A stretch of DNA of 60,538 nt, taken from positions 1 to 60,538 of the forward strand of contig JBLHJD010000001.1 of the NCBI GenBank assembly GCA_047618705.1. Reading direction: 5' to 3'. A program made the translations under genes and the position numbers. Each line of letters begins with the position of its first letter. Within the stretch, counting starts at the first letter, position 1. Origin of the DNA: Luteibaculaceae bacterium (GTDB taxonomy: Bacteria; Bacteroidota; Bacteroidia; Flavobacteriales_D; Luteibaculaceae). The notes beneath the pieces were generated by a model, which worked only from the letters and a program-made list of their open reading frames with translations, did not search any database and was not told the DNA's origin. Of the stretch, positions 48,708 to 57,947 are shown in pieces.

Positions 48708-51700
48708 ATGAAAAGATTTTATTCTATTTTATTTAGCGTTGCTTTCTTTGGTTTTGGATTAACTACAGAAGCCCAAGAGTGCATTATAGAAGCATTTGCC
48801 TCTCCACTAGAAATCCCTTGTGGAAATCCGGTTACCCTAACAGCTGTTGGAAAAGGAACAGTACGATTTTCGGAAGATTTTAACGACAATGATATGAGTT
48901 CCTGGAGTAACACTCCAACGGGTTCTATCAAACAAAATGGTGTTGCTCCCCCTGAGAACAACGACTGTGATGTCCCAACTCCAGAAGGAGACTACTTCTT
49001 ATGGTTCGACGGAAGTGCAAACTCTCCGAGATCGGCCGCTACACCTACTATTGACCTAACAAACGGAGGGTCAATTTGTTTTTACCTTAGAATGTCTGGG
49101 AATGAATTTGGAGCCCCAAACTGTGAAAATCCAGATGCCTTTGATGAAGGTGTTTACCTCCAATATAGAGTTGGGGCAGGTGCTTGGACAGATATCGATT
49201 ATTTTGATCCTCGTGGTGGCTTAGATGCAGAAAGAATTGCATGGACACAATACTGTAGAGACATCCCTGTCGCAGCAAGGAATAACGACGTTAAAATCAG
49301 GTGGATACAATTAGTTAACTCCAATGGATTAACCGGGGAGCCTTTGGACCACTGGGGAATTGATGGTGTAGAAATTGAAGAAAACCTTGCTACTTCCGGA
49401 TATGACTGGACACACGATGCTCTAATTGGCTACCAACCCACAGGAGCAACTCCAAATGTTTTCCCAACAGTCAATACAACTTATACAGTAAAATACACCG
49501 TAGATGGTGGAACAACTGTTTGTACTCAAAGTGTTAGTGTGGTTGTAAAAAAAGGAATTGCTGGAGCAAACGTAGACAAAACAGTTATTTGCCCAGGTGA
49601 CCCAATTAATTTCACCACGGATTGGCTTGTAGATCCAATTCTGCCACCACCTTGTGGAGTAAACTCTGATGTTGCTTGTGATCCAGTCTATTCCGCCTCA
49701 GGAGCAATTCAGGTGGGATTTGGAAATAATGTTACAACATCTGGAAACTGTAACGACACACCATTTGGTACGTCTAACTGTGATGGCGGATTATCCACGC
49801 AAATTTTATACCGCGCCAACGAATTGGTAGCTCAAGGATTTGAAGGAGGGAAACTGACTTCTATTTCCTTTGAAATTGCCAGTGTGGATAATGGTTATAA
49901 CAAAGCCAACAATTTTAAACTGTGGCTGGGCTGTGTCCCAAATAACGCCCTGGGAGATGAGCTCATTCCTTCCAATAATTTGTATCGAGTTTTTGAACCT
50001 AAGAATGTGACTTTTTCTCCAGGTTGGCAAAAATTTGATTTTGACCAAGCCTATGACTGGGATGGCGTTAGCAATCTTTTATTGATGATTTGCTGGAACA
50101 ACCCTCAAGGACAGGGAACCCGTGCTAGAACGAGAGATGTTACTTTAGCATGGAATTGCCTTACCCAAGACGGTACAAACTCTGCCGGTGGTGCCAACTT
50201 TGACTGTTGGGACGATGTATTCCACAGAGCTGGAAGCCGTAGGCCAAACACTAAATTTACAACATGTGTTCGCAAACCTAAGGATGCAACATTTGTCTGG
50301 ACCTCAAATCCGAACGACCCAACATTTGGACCTAACAACTCTTTAACCCCAGATGCCGGACCTGTAACTCCTGGATCCTACACGTATACTGTTAAAGGAA
50401 ATTACGCTGGAGCACCCGAAGAATGTGCAACAACAGACCAGGTTACTGTGACTGTACAAGATGCTCCTGACACTCCTGTCCCTACCTCTAACTCACCTAT
50501 TTGCGAAAGAAGCACTATTCAACTGGATTTTGGTACAACCACATTTCCCGGAGGATCTACATTTCAATGGAGACATGCCGGAAGTGCCTGGACATCAACC
50601 ACAGAAGATCCAACAAGAGCTGGTGCCACTGCTGCTATGGCAGGAGATTACTTTGTTCGGGTCAACACATCAGCAGGCTGCCCTTCAGCGGAAGGCAAAG
50701 TAACGATTTCTATAAACCCAGCCCCGGCAGCAAACGCAGCAACTACGGCACCGGTGTGTGAGAACGCACCATTCAACGTTACTACTACCGTAAACGGAGT
50801 GAATTACGCCTGGACAGGACCTAGTGGTTTTACCAGCACCGTAAAAAACACAACTTTCCCTAGTGGAGACCCAGCAACACACAATGGGGCTTACACCCTT
50901 GTAACTACCAACACCACAACGGGTTGTACTTCCTTACCCGCAACGGTAAATGTAACCATCAACCCCGCACAAGCACCCCTACCTTTGGATGCGAACCCAT
51001 TAACCCTTTGCGAAGGAGATGACCTTGTATTGAGTTCCACTGTGCCCAATGGACTTTTAGACCCTCAGGTTACCTTCCTATTTGGAGGGCCCGATGGATG
51101 GACAGGAACAGTTACTGGAAAAGGAGCGCAAACCGTAACACGGACTGCAGTACCCGCATCCGGTTCCGGTCAATATTGGTTAGTTGGTACTGGTAACGGA
51201 TGTCCATCCGACACCGCATTTATTGACGTAGTTGTTATTAGTCCAGCTAATATTAATGCAACTAGCACCGGACCTTATTGTGAAGGAGAAAAAATTGAAT
51301 TAAGTGTAGATGTTTCGGGTGCCACCTATGCTTGGAATGGCCCCGGAGGATATACCGCCAACACGCAGAACCCAGATAGGGATCCATCTGTGGTTGCCCA
51401 TAGTGGAACGTATACAGTAGACGTAACCATTAGTGGATGTACTAGCCAAGCGTCGGTAGATGTTTCTGTAGTTCCTGCACCTGGAGCTCCAGCAGACCAA
51501 ACACTCGATTATTGTGTTGGAGATGCGGCTGCAGCATTAACGCCTTCCGGAGCAACCTTCTTGTGGTATACCACAGCAGTTGGAGGAACAGGAAGCGCAA
51601 CAGCTCCTGCGGTTTCAACGGCTTCTGCCGGAACCACAACTCATTACGTATCCGAAAAAGTTGGAAACTGCGAAAGCCCAAGAGGTCAAATAGACATCAC

Positions 51701-54700
51701 TGTAACCGACCCTGCCACGGTAAGTACTGACGCTACAGCAGACATTTGCGCTGGTGAAACAGTGCAATTGAATGGTAGTTTTGGCGGATCTGCCAGCAGT
51801 GGAACTTGGACCGCAGGAGCCGGTACATACGCTCCTGACAACACTACCGGAAATGCCGTGTATACACCTACAGCTGGAGAAGAAGGTGCTGGTAGCTTAA
51901 CGCTTACCTTCACCTCAGACGATCCTGCGGGAGCTTGTCCTGCCGTATTTGCCACAACCGACATTACCATTACTCCGATGCCAACAGACCCTGCAGATCA
52001 AACAATTGATTTGTGCGAAGGAGATGCAGCGCTAGCGTTGACACCGAGTGGAGTCACCTTTTTATGGTACACTGTAGCCAGTGGTGGAACCCCTTTAGGA
52101 GCTACCCCAACCATCAACACCTCATCCACCGGAACAACTATCTATTACGTATCCGAAAAGAATGGAGATTGTGAAAGTGGACGCGGAACAGTGACCATAA
52201 ACATTGAAGCTGCACCAACCGTAAATGCCGGAGCGGACAAAACTATTTGTGAAGGAGAAACCATTACACTTAATGGATCCATCGGTGGCGGTGCCACCTC
52301 AGCAGCCTGGACTGGCGGAGCTGGAACATATGCTCCTTCAAGCACAGACCTAACAGCCGTATATACCCCAGATGTTTCTGAGGTTACGGCAGGATCGGTA
52401 ACACTTAATCTTACTGCAAGTGGATCCGGCGGTGCCTGTCCAGATGTAAGCAAGACGGTTACTTTCACGATTTCAAAAAAGCCAAGCATCACCAATGTTG
52501 TTAGAACATGTAATCCAACCAATACGGGCTATGTGGTAACTTTTGATGTTGTTAATGGTGTGGCTCCCTTCAATTTAGTGGCCGGATCAGACCCGGGTAC
52601 ATTCAGCGGAGCAACATTTACATCGAGTGAATTGGTTACAGGTGCTACGTATACCTATACTATTAATGACACCCAAGGTTGCGGCCCAGTTACCATTACA
52701 GACAACTTCGCTTGTAATTGTGGTACCGATGCTGGAACTACATCGAATACCGGCGGGGTTATTCCCCTTTGTGAAGGCTCCACTTACGAGGTTCAGCACA
52801 ATGGAGATGAAACCTTGGATGGGGATGACGTCCTTGCCTTTACCTTGCATGATAATGCCGGTAACTTCATCATTTTGCAAGGATCAAATAGCTTCGGATA
52901 TGATGCCGGAACCATGACTTTCGGTACTATTTACTACATCTCAGCAATTGCAGCCAGTGATGTGGATGCAAACGGGCTCCCAGAAACCTCAGACCCGTGT
53001 AAGGATGTAACCGATGGACAACAAGTTGTTTGGTACCCAATACCAAGTGCAACCATCACCGGTGGTGGTGAGATTTGTAAAGGAGAAGGAACCAATGTCC
53101 AATTCGATTTCACCGGCTTTTTACCGTATGACTTGTATTACCACGAAGATCAAAACCCGCAAACGGAAATGGGGATTAACTCGAATCAGTTTGTATTGAA
53201 TATTTCTAACCCAACAAATAGAGTAACCCAATACACCCTTGATTCTATAGTATCTCAGGGTTGTGTGGCTGATTATAACGACTTTGTCCTTGTTACGGTC
53301 AAAGACTCTATGGAGGCTGTTTTAGACTCCACAGTTTGTGACGGCACAGGAGAAAACTACCTGGTTTATATTTCTATGATGGGTGGTGACACCTTGAGTT
53401 ATAGAATGGACAATTCCACTACGGGCCACACCGGAGCAGTGACGGGAACCCAGTTTGTTTCTAACCCAATTCCAGATGGAGCAACGTATAGTTTTCAATT
53501 TAATGATGACCTACAATGCCACCAGGAGCCTATTATCATTTCTGGAGATCGCAGTTGTGATTGCCAAACGGCCATTGGAACATTAAATTCAAGTGGGAAT
53601 CCATTAGTGGTTTGTGGTGCGGCTTCCTACACCTTAGGAATCACATACAATTCGGCAGGAGAATACCTAGATCCGAATGATAACAAAGCATTTTACTTGC
53701 ACAATGGAGATGCTACCAACCTAGGGACTATCCTAGCTGGTCCTGTCGCCAACCCAGGACAATTCAATTTCACATCAATTACAGGAGGTGTTTACGGAAC
53801 CACTTATTACATAATTGGAGTAGCCGGTAATGCGCAAGGAACAGGAGTAGATTTTTCTGATAAGTGTGCTCAATTTTCAAACGGAACACCCGTGATTTTT
53901 AATCAAGAACCGCAGGCAAACTTATTTACCAACGGAGAAATTTGCCAATCAGATAAAATTGAAGTTTCTCTTTCTTTCACTGGACCAGGGCCTTACATTG
54001 TTACAGGAACAGCCGACATTCAGGGAACGTACACTGGCGATTCAGTGGTAGAAATTACACCCACCGCTCCCGGTGTTTTCACCTATACCATTGATCAGGT
54101 TGGAAACGGGCAGTGTGCTAATACCACTCCAAAAACCGCCAGTGTTACGGTAATTTCATCACCCGTTGTGGATTCTACCATTGTGCCTCCTTTTACCTGT
54201 GCAACAGACAATAACAGTTACACGGTAACCTTCTATGTAACCGGAGGTAGTTCAACTAACTACCAAATTACCGGAACCCTAGGTAACGGAGACCCAATTG
54301 GCGGTTCTTTTGATGCAGGCGATCCAACGCTATATACGTCCAATGCAATACCGAATGGAATTCCATTCACCTTTGATGTTTCAGAAGTAGGCAAATCGTG
54401 TCCTCCATACATTTTCACAGCGTCACACTTGTGTCCATGTGAAACAGCCGTGGGTGACATGCTTCCTTTAACCACGCCTACCCCACTTTGTGGTGTAGCG
54501 ATTGTAAGTGCTGGTTACGATAAAACCAATGAGAATTTCGATGGAAATGATGGAACCCAATTCATCTTTACTGATGATCCAACTTTAGGAACAATTATCC
54601 AAAAAGCAGGGACTCCAAATTTTGATTTAAGCGCAGAAATTACGGGTGGTAGTGTATTGTACAATACGTCCTACTACATCATGGCTATTACTGGTGACAT

Positions 54701-57320
54701 GAACAATGGGGATGTTGACTTAAATACTCCTTGTCTTCAGAAATCGAATGCCATTGAGGTGACCTTTTTCCCAAGCCCTACTGCGGATATCAGTTCAAGC
54801 ATTGGCTTAATTTGTCAAAACAGCCAATTCCCGGTAGACTTTACTTTTACCGGAACTCCAGGGACAACATTCAGTGTTGTTGTAACAGATGGAACCAATA
54901 CGGTAGCTAGCTCATCGAACATCGAGAACGGTGGAAGTTTACAAATTTCACCACCCAACAGTGGATCCTTTACGTATGAGATAGATTCTATCGTGGATAA
55001 CATATCTGGATGTGTTGCCAAGACTTTTGGTGTAGACATAACAGGTCAGGTAAACATTCAAGTTAATCCAGCTCCTACAGTCCAGATTGCTGGAACAGAC
55101 GATTTCTGTTTCGACATTACCGGAAACATTGGTGTTGTTCAACTTGAGAATTTTAGTGGCTCCGGCCCATTTGATGTATTTGTATCGGACAACCTTACAA
55201 ACACTTTTGCCTATTCAGTTAGCGGAGCAGACTCTACCGTAAACCTTGCTTTGGATCAGGATGTATATTTACTTAAATCAACCACATTTAAGATTGATTC
55301 TATTCGCGATCAAAGCCCGCAACAATGTTTGGGTCTTGGGGATGAATCCCGTGCTCAATTTAATGTGCAGCCTATCCCGGATTTGGATTTGAGTATTACG
55401 GATGTATTTGTTTGTGAAGGAAGTCCTGTGACTATTACCGGTTCCAACACCGTTGGGACAGGTGGATTGAGTGTTAGTATAGATGGACCTGCCGGTTTTA
55501 ATCAAACACAAACCGCAACCGAAGGACAAAATGTAACATTCAGCACTATTTTCCCGCCAGTAGGAACAAACGTGTATACGGTAAGCTTATTGAACGATCA
55601 ATCTGCCTTGAGTTGTGGGAATGTTGATTCGGTGTATACCGTTACAGTCGATGTAAACCCAACCCCTACCGTGGATATTTCAATTCCTGCAGGAAGTCAG
55701 ATTTGCCATGGAGATTCCATTACCCTTATTTTTGATGTAACCGGGAATGGTCTTATTTCATTCATGTATTCGGATGGATTGGGGAATAACGGAACCAGGA
55801 GTGTTACAGCTGGAACCGACACTGTCCTTGTGGGCCCAACTAACATCAGCTCCGCTGTTCAATACTCCACATTTACGGTGAGTAATGTACAAGACAACTC
55901 AGCCTTAAATTGCCCAGGAACGGCCACAGGGTCTGCCGTATTGCAAGTAAACTCAATTCCAACTGTTAATGTAACTATTGACGATCCTGAAATTTGTTTT
56001 GGAGACAACACAATCCTGAACTTTTCGGGAACAGGGAACGGCCCATTAAACGTGCAGTGGACAGATGGGATAACCAATAACAACACAATTGTTACTCCCG
56101 GATCGGCTAGTCCAGAAGGTGTGGCACCAACAACAACTACCAACTATGGCATCATTTCGGTAACTGATGCATCTAACCCAAGCTGTATCAACAACACCAA
56201 CATGCCTAACATTGGGTTAATTGTTAATCAGCTTCCAATTGGTACTATTTCTGGTGTGGATAGTTTGTGTTACGGAGAAATTTTCAACTTCGACTTGAAC
56301 CTTTCGGGTAACCCCACTTTTGCCGTGGAAATTGAAGATGAAAATGGGGTAAGCTACCCGCTTTACACTAGTTTGTTCAATGGTCTGAACTTATCCTCTA
56401 TTCTCCCAACAGGAACGCACACTTACTCTATTGTTTCTATTACAGATGGGAAGGGCTGTGTAAACACCGGAACGGGTGCTGCATTTGTGGAAATTTTTCC
56501 TGCACCAACACCTGATTTCTCTTTGGATATTAACGCAAGTTGTCCTCCTTTTGATGTCCAATTTACCAACCTGACCGACCCACAATTTTTGGGGGATGGC
56601 GCTTTGGTAACATGGACCTTAGGAGCAGGTCAGATTTCCAACAGGAAGGATAGTGCTTTTGCCAGTTATACAAACCCAGGTGGCGGAATTTATACCGTTT
56701 CTTTGGAAGTAACCTCCCCTGTAGGTTGTTACACCAAATTGGATAGTATTAACTTAATTGAAGTGTTCCCAATGCCAACGGCGGACTTTAGCTTCCTGCC
56801 ATCAAAACCAGATTTAATTAACCCGAACGTTCGTTTCTATGATAATTCCGAAATTGGAGACATGCTCAACTGGACTTTCATTGTGGATTCAAGCATTTTT
56901 GAAACCAATGAAATTGACCCTTACTACAACTTCCCAAGTGAAGATGAGGGTGTTTACACCGTATGTCAAGAGGCCGTTACCATAAATGGGTGTGTCGATA
57001 CATTATGTAGAGATGTAAAAGTGTTGGGATTAACCTTAATTAATATCCCGAACACCTTTACTCCAAACAGCGATGGATTTAATGATGTATTTAAACCGGT
57101 GTTAAGTGGGTATAAAAAGGAGAAAAATGAATATGAATTTATTATCTTCAACCGGTGGGGTGAAGTTATTTTTGAGACAAAAAACCCCGACCTAGGGTGG
57201 AATGGAACTTTCAAAGGAAATCCTGCACCGGAGGGAACATACCTGTATCGGGTAATTTTAGGAGATTCTTTCTCCACTGATAAAGGAGAAACTATAGGTA
57301 ACGTACAATTATTACGATAA
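48708..57320 (+). CDS. Giant secreted multi-domain protein 3 (2870 aa). The head differs (MAM/reelin-subrepeat-like), followed by Ig-like repeats, three CxCxT modules, PKD and a type-B CTD; the body is paralogous to giant 1
   Basis: The track ORF starts at 48681, inside the upstream gene. I prefer the ATG at 48708, which gives the signal peptide MKRFYSILFSVAFFGFGLTTEAQ. The C-terminal ~1700 aa are collinear with giant 1, for example ICHGDSITLIFDVTGNGLISFMYSDGLGN versus ICHGDSIQIYFDVTGNGTINFDYSDGLGN. The CTD reads IPNTFTPNSDGFNDVFKPV...FNRWGEVIFE...GWNGTFKG...YLYRV...VQLLR. Confidence 0.9.
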   Translation: MKRFYSILFSVAFFGFGLTTEAQECIIEAFASPLEIPCGNPVTLTAVGKGTVRFSEDFNDNDMSSWSNTPTGSIKQNGVAPPENNDCDVPTPEGDYFLWFDGSANSPRSAATPTIDLTNGGSICFYLRMSGNEFGAPNCENPDAFDEGVYLQYRVGAGAWTDIDYFDPRGGLDAERIAWTQYCRDIPVAARNNDVKIRWIQLVNSNGLTGEPLDHWGIDGVEIEENLATSGYDWTHDALIGYQPTGATPNVFPTVNTTYTVKYTVDGGTTVCTQSVSVVVKKGIAGANVDKTVICPGDPINFTTDWLVDPILPPPCGVNSDVACDPVYSASGAIQVGFGNNVTTSGNCNDTPFGTSNCDGGLSTQILYRANELVAQGFEGGKLTSISFEIASVDNGYNKANNFKLWLGCVPNNALGDELIPSNNLYRVFEPKNVTFSPGWQKFDFDQAYDWDGVSNLLLMICWNNPQGQGTRARTRDVTLAWNCLTQDGTNSAGGANFDCWDDVFHRAGSRRPNTKFTTCVRKPKDATFVWTSNPNDPTFGPNNSLTPDAGPVTPGSYTYTVKGNYAGAPEECATTDQVTVTVQDAPDTPVPTSNSPICERSTIQLDFGTTTFPGGSTFQWRHAGSAWTSTTEDPTRAGATAAMAGDYFVRVNTSAGCPSAEGKVTISINPAPAANAATTAPVCENAPFNVTTTVNGVNYAWTGPSGFTSTVKNTTFPSGDPATHNGAYTLVTTNTTTGCTSLPATVNVTINPAQAPLPLDANPLTLCEGDDLVLSSTVPNGLLDPQVTFLFGGPDGWTGTVTGKGAQTVTRTAVPASGSGQYWLVGTGNGCPSDTAFIDVVVISPANINATSTGPYCEGEKIELSVDVSGATYAWNGPGGYTANTQNPDRDPSVVAHSGTYTVDVTISGCTSQASVDVSVVPAPGAPADQTLDYCVGDAAAALTPSGATFLWYTTAVGGTGSATAPAVSTASAGTTTHYVSEKVGNCESPRGQIDITVTDPATVSTDATADICAGETVQLNGSFGGSASSGTWTAGAGTYAPDNTTGNAVYTPTAGEEGAGSLTLTFTSDDPAGACPAVFATTDITITPMPTDPADQTIDLCEGDAALALTPSGVTFLWYTVASGGTPLGATPTINTSSTGTTIYYVSEKNGDCESGRGTVTINIEAAPTVNAGADKTICEGETITLNGSIGGGATSAAWTGGAGTYAPSSTDLTAVYTPDVSEVTAGSVTLNLTASGSGGACPDVSKTVTFTISKKPSITNVVRTCNPTNTGYVVTFDVVNGVAPFNLVAGSDPGTFSGATFTSSELVTGATYTYTINDTQGCGPVTITDNFACNCGTDAGTTSNTGGVIPLCEGSTYEVQHNGDETLDGDDVLAFTLHDNAGNFIILQGSNSFGYDAGTMTFGTIYYISAIAASDVDANGLPETSDPCKDVTDGQQVVWYPIPSATITGGGEICKGEGTNVQFDFTGFLPYDLYYHEDQNPQTEMGINSNQFVLNISNPTNRVTQYTLDSIVSQGCVADYNDFVLVTVKDSMEAVLDSTVCDGTGENYLVYISMMGGDTLSYRMDNSTTGHTGAVTGTQFVSNPIPDGATYSFQFNDDLQCHQEPIIISGDRSCDCQTAIGTLNSSGNPLVVCGAASYTLGITYNSAGEYLDPNDNKAFYLHNGDATNLGTILAGPVANPGQFNFTSITGGVYGTTYYIIGVAGNAQGTGVDFSDKCAQFSNGTPVIFNQEPQANLFTNGEICQSDKIEVSLSFTGPGPYIVTGTADIQGTYTGDSVVEITPTAPGVFTYTIDQVGNGQCANTTPKTASVTVISSPVVDSTIVPPFTCATDNNSYTVTFYVTGGSSTNYQITGTLGNGDPIGGSFDAGDPTLYTSNAIPNGIPFTFDVSEVGKSCPPYIFTASHLCPCETAVGDMLPLTTPTPLCGVAIVSAGYDKTNENFDGNDGTQFIFTDDPTLGTIIQKAGTPNFDLSAEITGGSVLYNTSYYIMAITGDMNNGDVDLNTPCLQKSNAIEVTFFPSPTADISSSIGLICQNSQFPVDFTFTGTPGTTFSVVVTDGTNTVASSSNIENGGSLQISPPNSGSFTYEIDSIVDNISGCVAKTFGVDITGQVNIQVNPAPTVQIAGTDDFCFDITGNIGVVQLENFSGSGPFDVFVSDNLTNTFAYSVSGADSTVNLALDQDVYLLKSTTFKIDSIRDQSPQQCLGLGDESRAQFNVQPIPDLDLSITDVFVCEGSPVTITGSNTVGTGGLSVSIDGPAGFNQTQTATEGQNVTFSTIFPPVGTNVYTVSLLNDQSALSCGNVDSVYTVTVDVNPTPTVDISIPAGSQICHGDSITLIFDVTGNGLISFMYSDGLGNNGTRSVTAGTDTVLVGPTNISSAVQYSTFTVSNVQDNSALNCPGTATGSAVLQVNSIPTVNVTIDDPEICFGDNTILNFSGTGNGPLNVQWTDGITNNNTIVTPGSASPEGVAPTTTTNYGIISVTDASNPSCINNTNMPNIGLIVNQLPIGTISGVDSLCYGEIFNFDLNLSGNPTFAVEIEDENGVSYPLYTSLFNGLNLSSILPTGTHTYSIVSITDGKGCVNTGTGAAFVEIFPAPTPDFSLDINASCPPFDVQFTNLTDPQFLGDGALVTWTLGAGQISNRKDSAFASYTNPGGGIYTVSLEVTSPVGCYTKLDSINLIEVFPMPTADFSFLPSKPDLINPNVRFYDNSEIGDMLNWTFIVDSSIFETNEIDPYYNFPSEDEGVYTVCQEAVTINGCVDTLCRDVKVLGLTLINIPNTFTPNSDGFNDVFKPVLSGYKKEKNEYEFIIFNRWGEVIFETKNPDLGWNGTFKGNPAPEGTYLYRVILGDSFSTDKGETIGNVQLLR

Positions 57321-57754
57321 TGAAAAAACTACTTGTTTTATTTTCAGCTTCCCTGTTAATCGGGAATATTGCATCAGCTCAGACTTTTGCAAAAACAACT
57401 GAACCTACGGTCCTTTTTGAAGACCAAAAGGTGGAAGTGAAGTACCATTACCAAAATTGTGAAAAACCATGGAATGGAACAAAAGATGAGATGGTCTATT
57501 TAGACATCACCAATAAAACAGATAAGGAACTTACCCTTACTTGGATCAATGAGCGTTATTATGGCCCCCAATGTTATGGTTGTGACAAAAATCCAGAAAT
57601 GCTTCAGACCATTACTTTGGCACCGAAAGAAACCCAAAGTGGAGGTTGTTCTCGCATCGAAAAAAGGGCCTTGGAGGTAACCGCCCAAAAACTCGACTTC
57701 CCCTTTGAACACGCATTAAGCAAACTCCGATTTGCACTCCAAAAAACGGAATAA
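57320..57754 (+). CDS. Small secreted four-Cys protein (paralog of 48242..48703), last gene of the giant-3 operon
   Basis: 144 aa. The signal peptide is MKKLLVLFSASLLIGNIASAQ. Its ATG shares one nucleotide with the giant-3 stop (TAATG at 57318-57322). A strong terminator follows. Confidence 0.75.
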   Translation: MKKLLVLFSASLLIGNIASAQTFAKTTEPTVLFEDQKVEVKYHYQNCEKPWNGTKDEMVYLDITNKTDKELTLTWINERYYGPQCYGCDKNPEMLQTITLAPKETQSGGCSRIEKRALEVTAQKLDFPFEHALSKLRFALQKTE

Positions 57755-57776
57755 CACATTCTCTCGACTATTAGTA

Positions 57777-57810
57777 AATGCCCCTCGATAAACGAGGGGC
57801 ATTTCTCGTT
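57777..57810 (+). terminator. Rho-independent terminator closing the giant-3 operon
   Basis: A 12-bp stem, aaatgcccctcg (57776/7-57787) with cgaggggcattt (57793-57804), followed by ctcgttt. Confidence 0.7.
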
Positions 57811-57947
57811 TAAAAAGTATTATTTTATTAGTACAAAAAACCGTGCTATTTCACCCTCAAAAAACACTGACTACTAGTCCTTGTTTAGCGTTATGGAAAG
57901 CAACCATGTGGCATGTTTTCCGTTTGAATAGCAACTGACCAGTGATA

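Noticed and set aside
20960-57320. Giants 1 and 3 as a long inverted DNA repeat capable of driving inversion of the 20-kb segment between them
   Set aside because: Their similarity is at the protein level, about 55-65% identity by eye. In the homologous stretches I compared I found no long identical nucleotide runs, so homologous recombination between them seems unlikely. A dot-plot would settle it.
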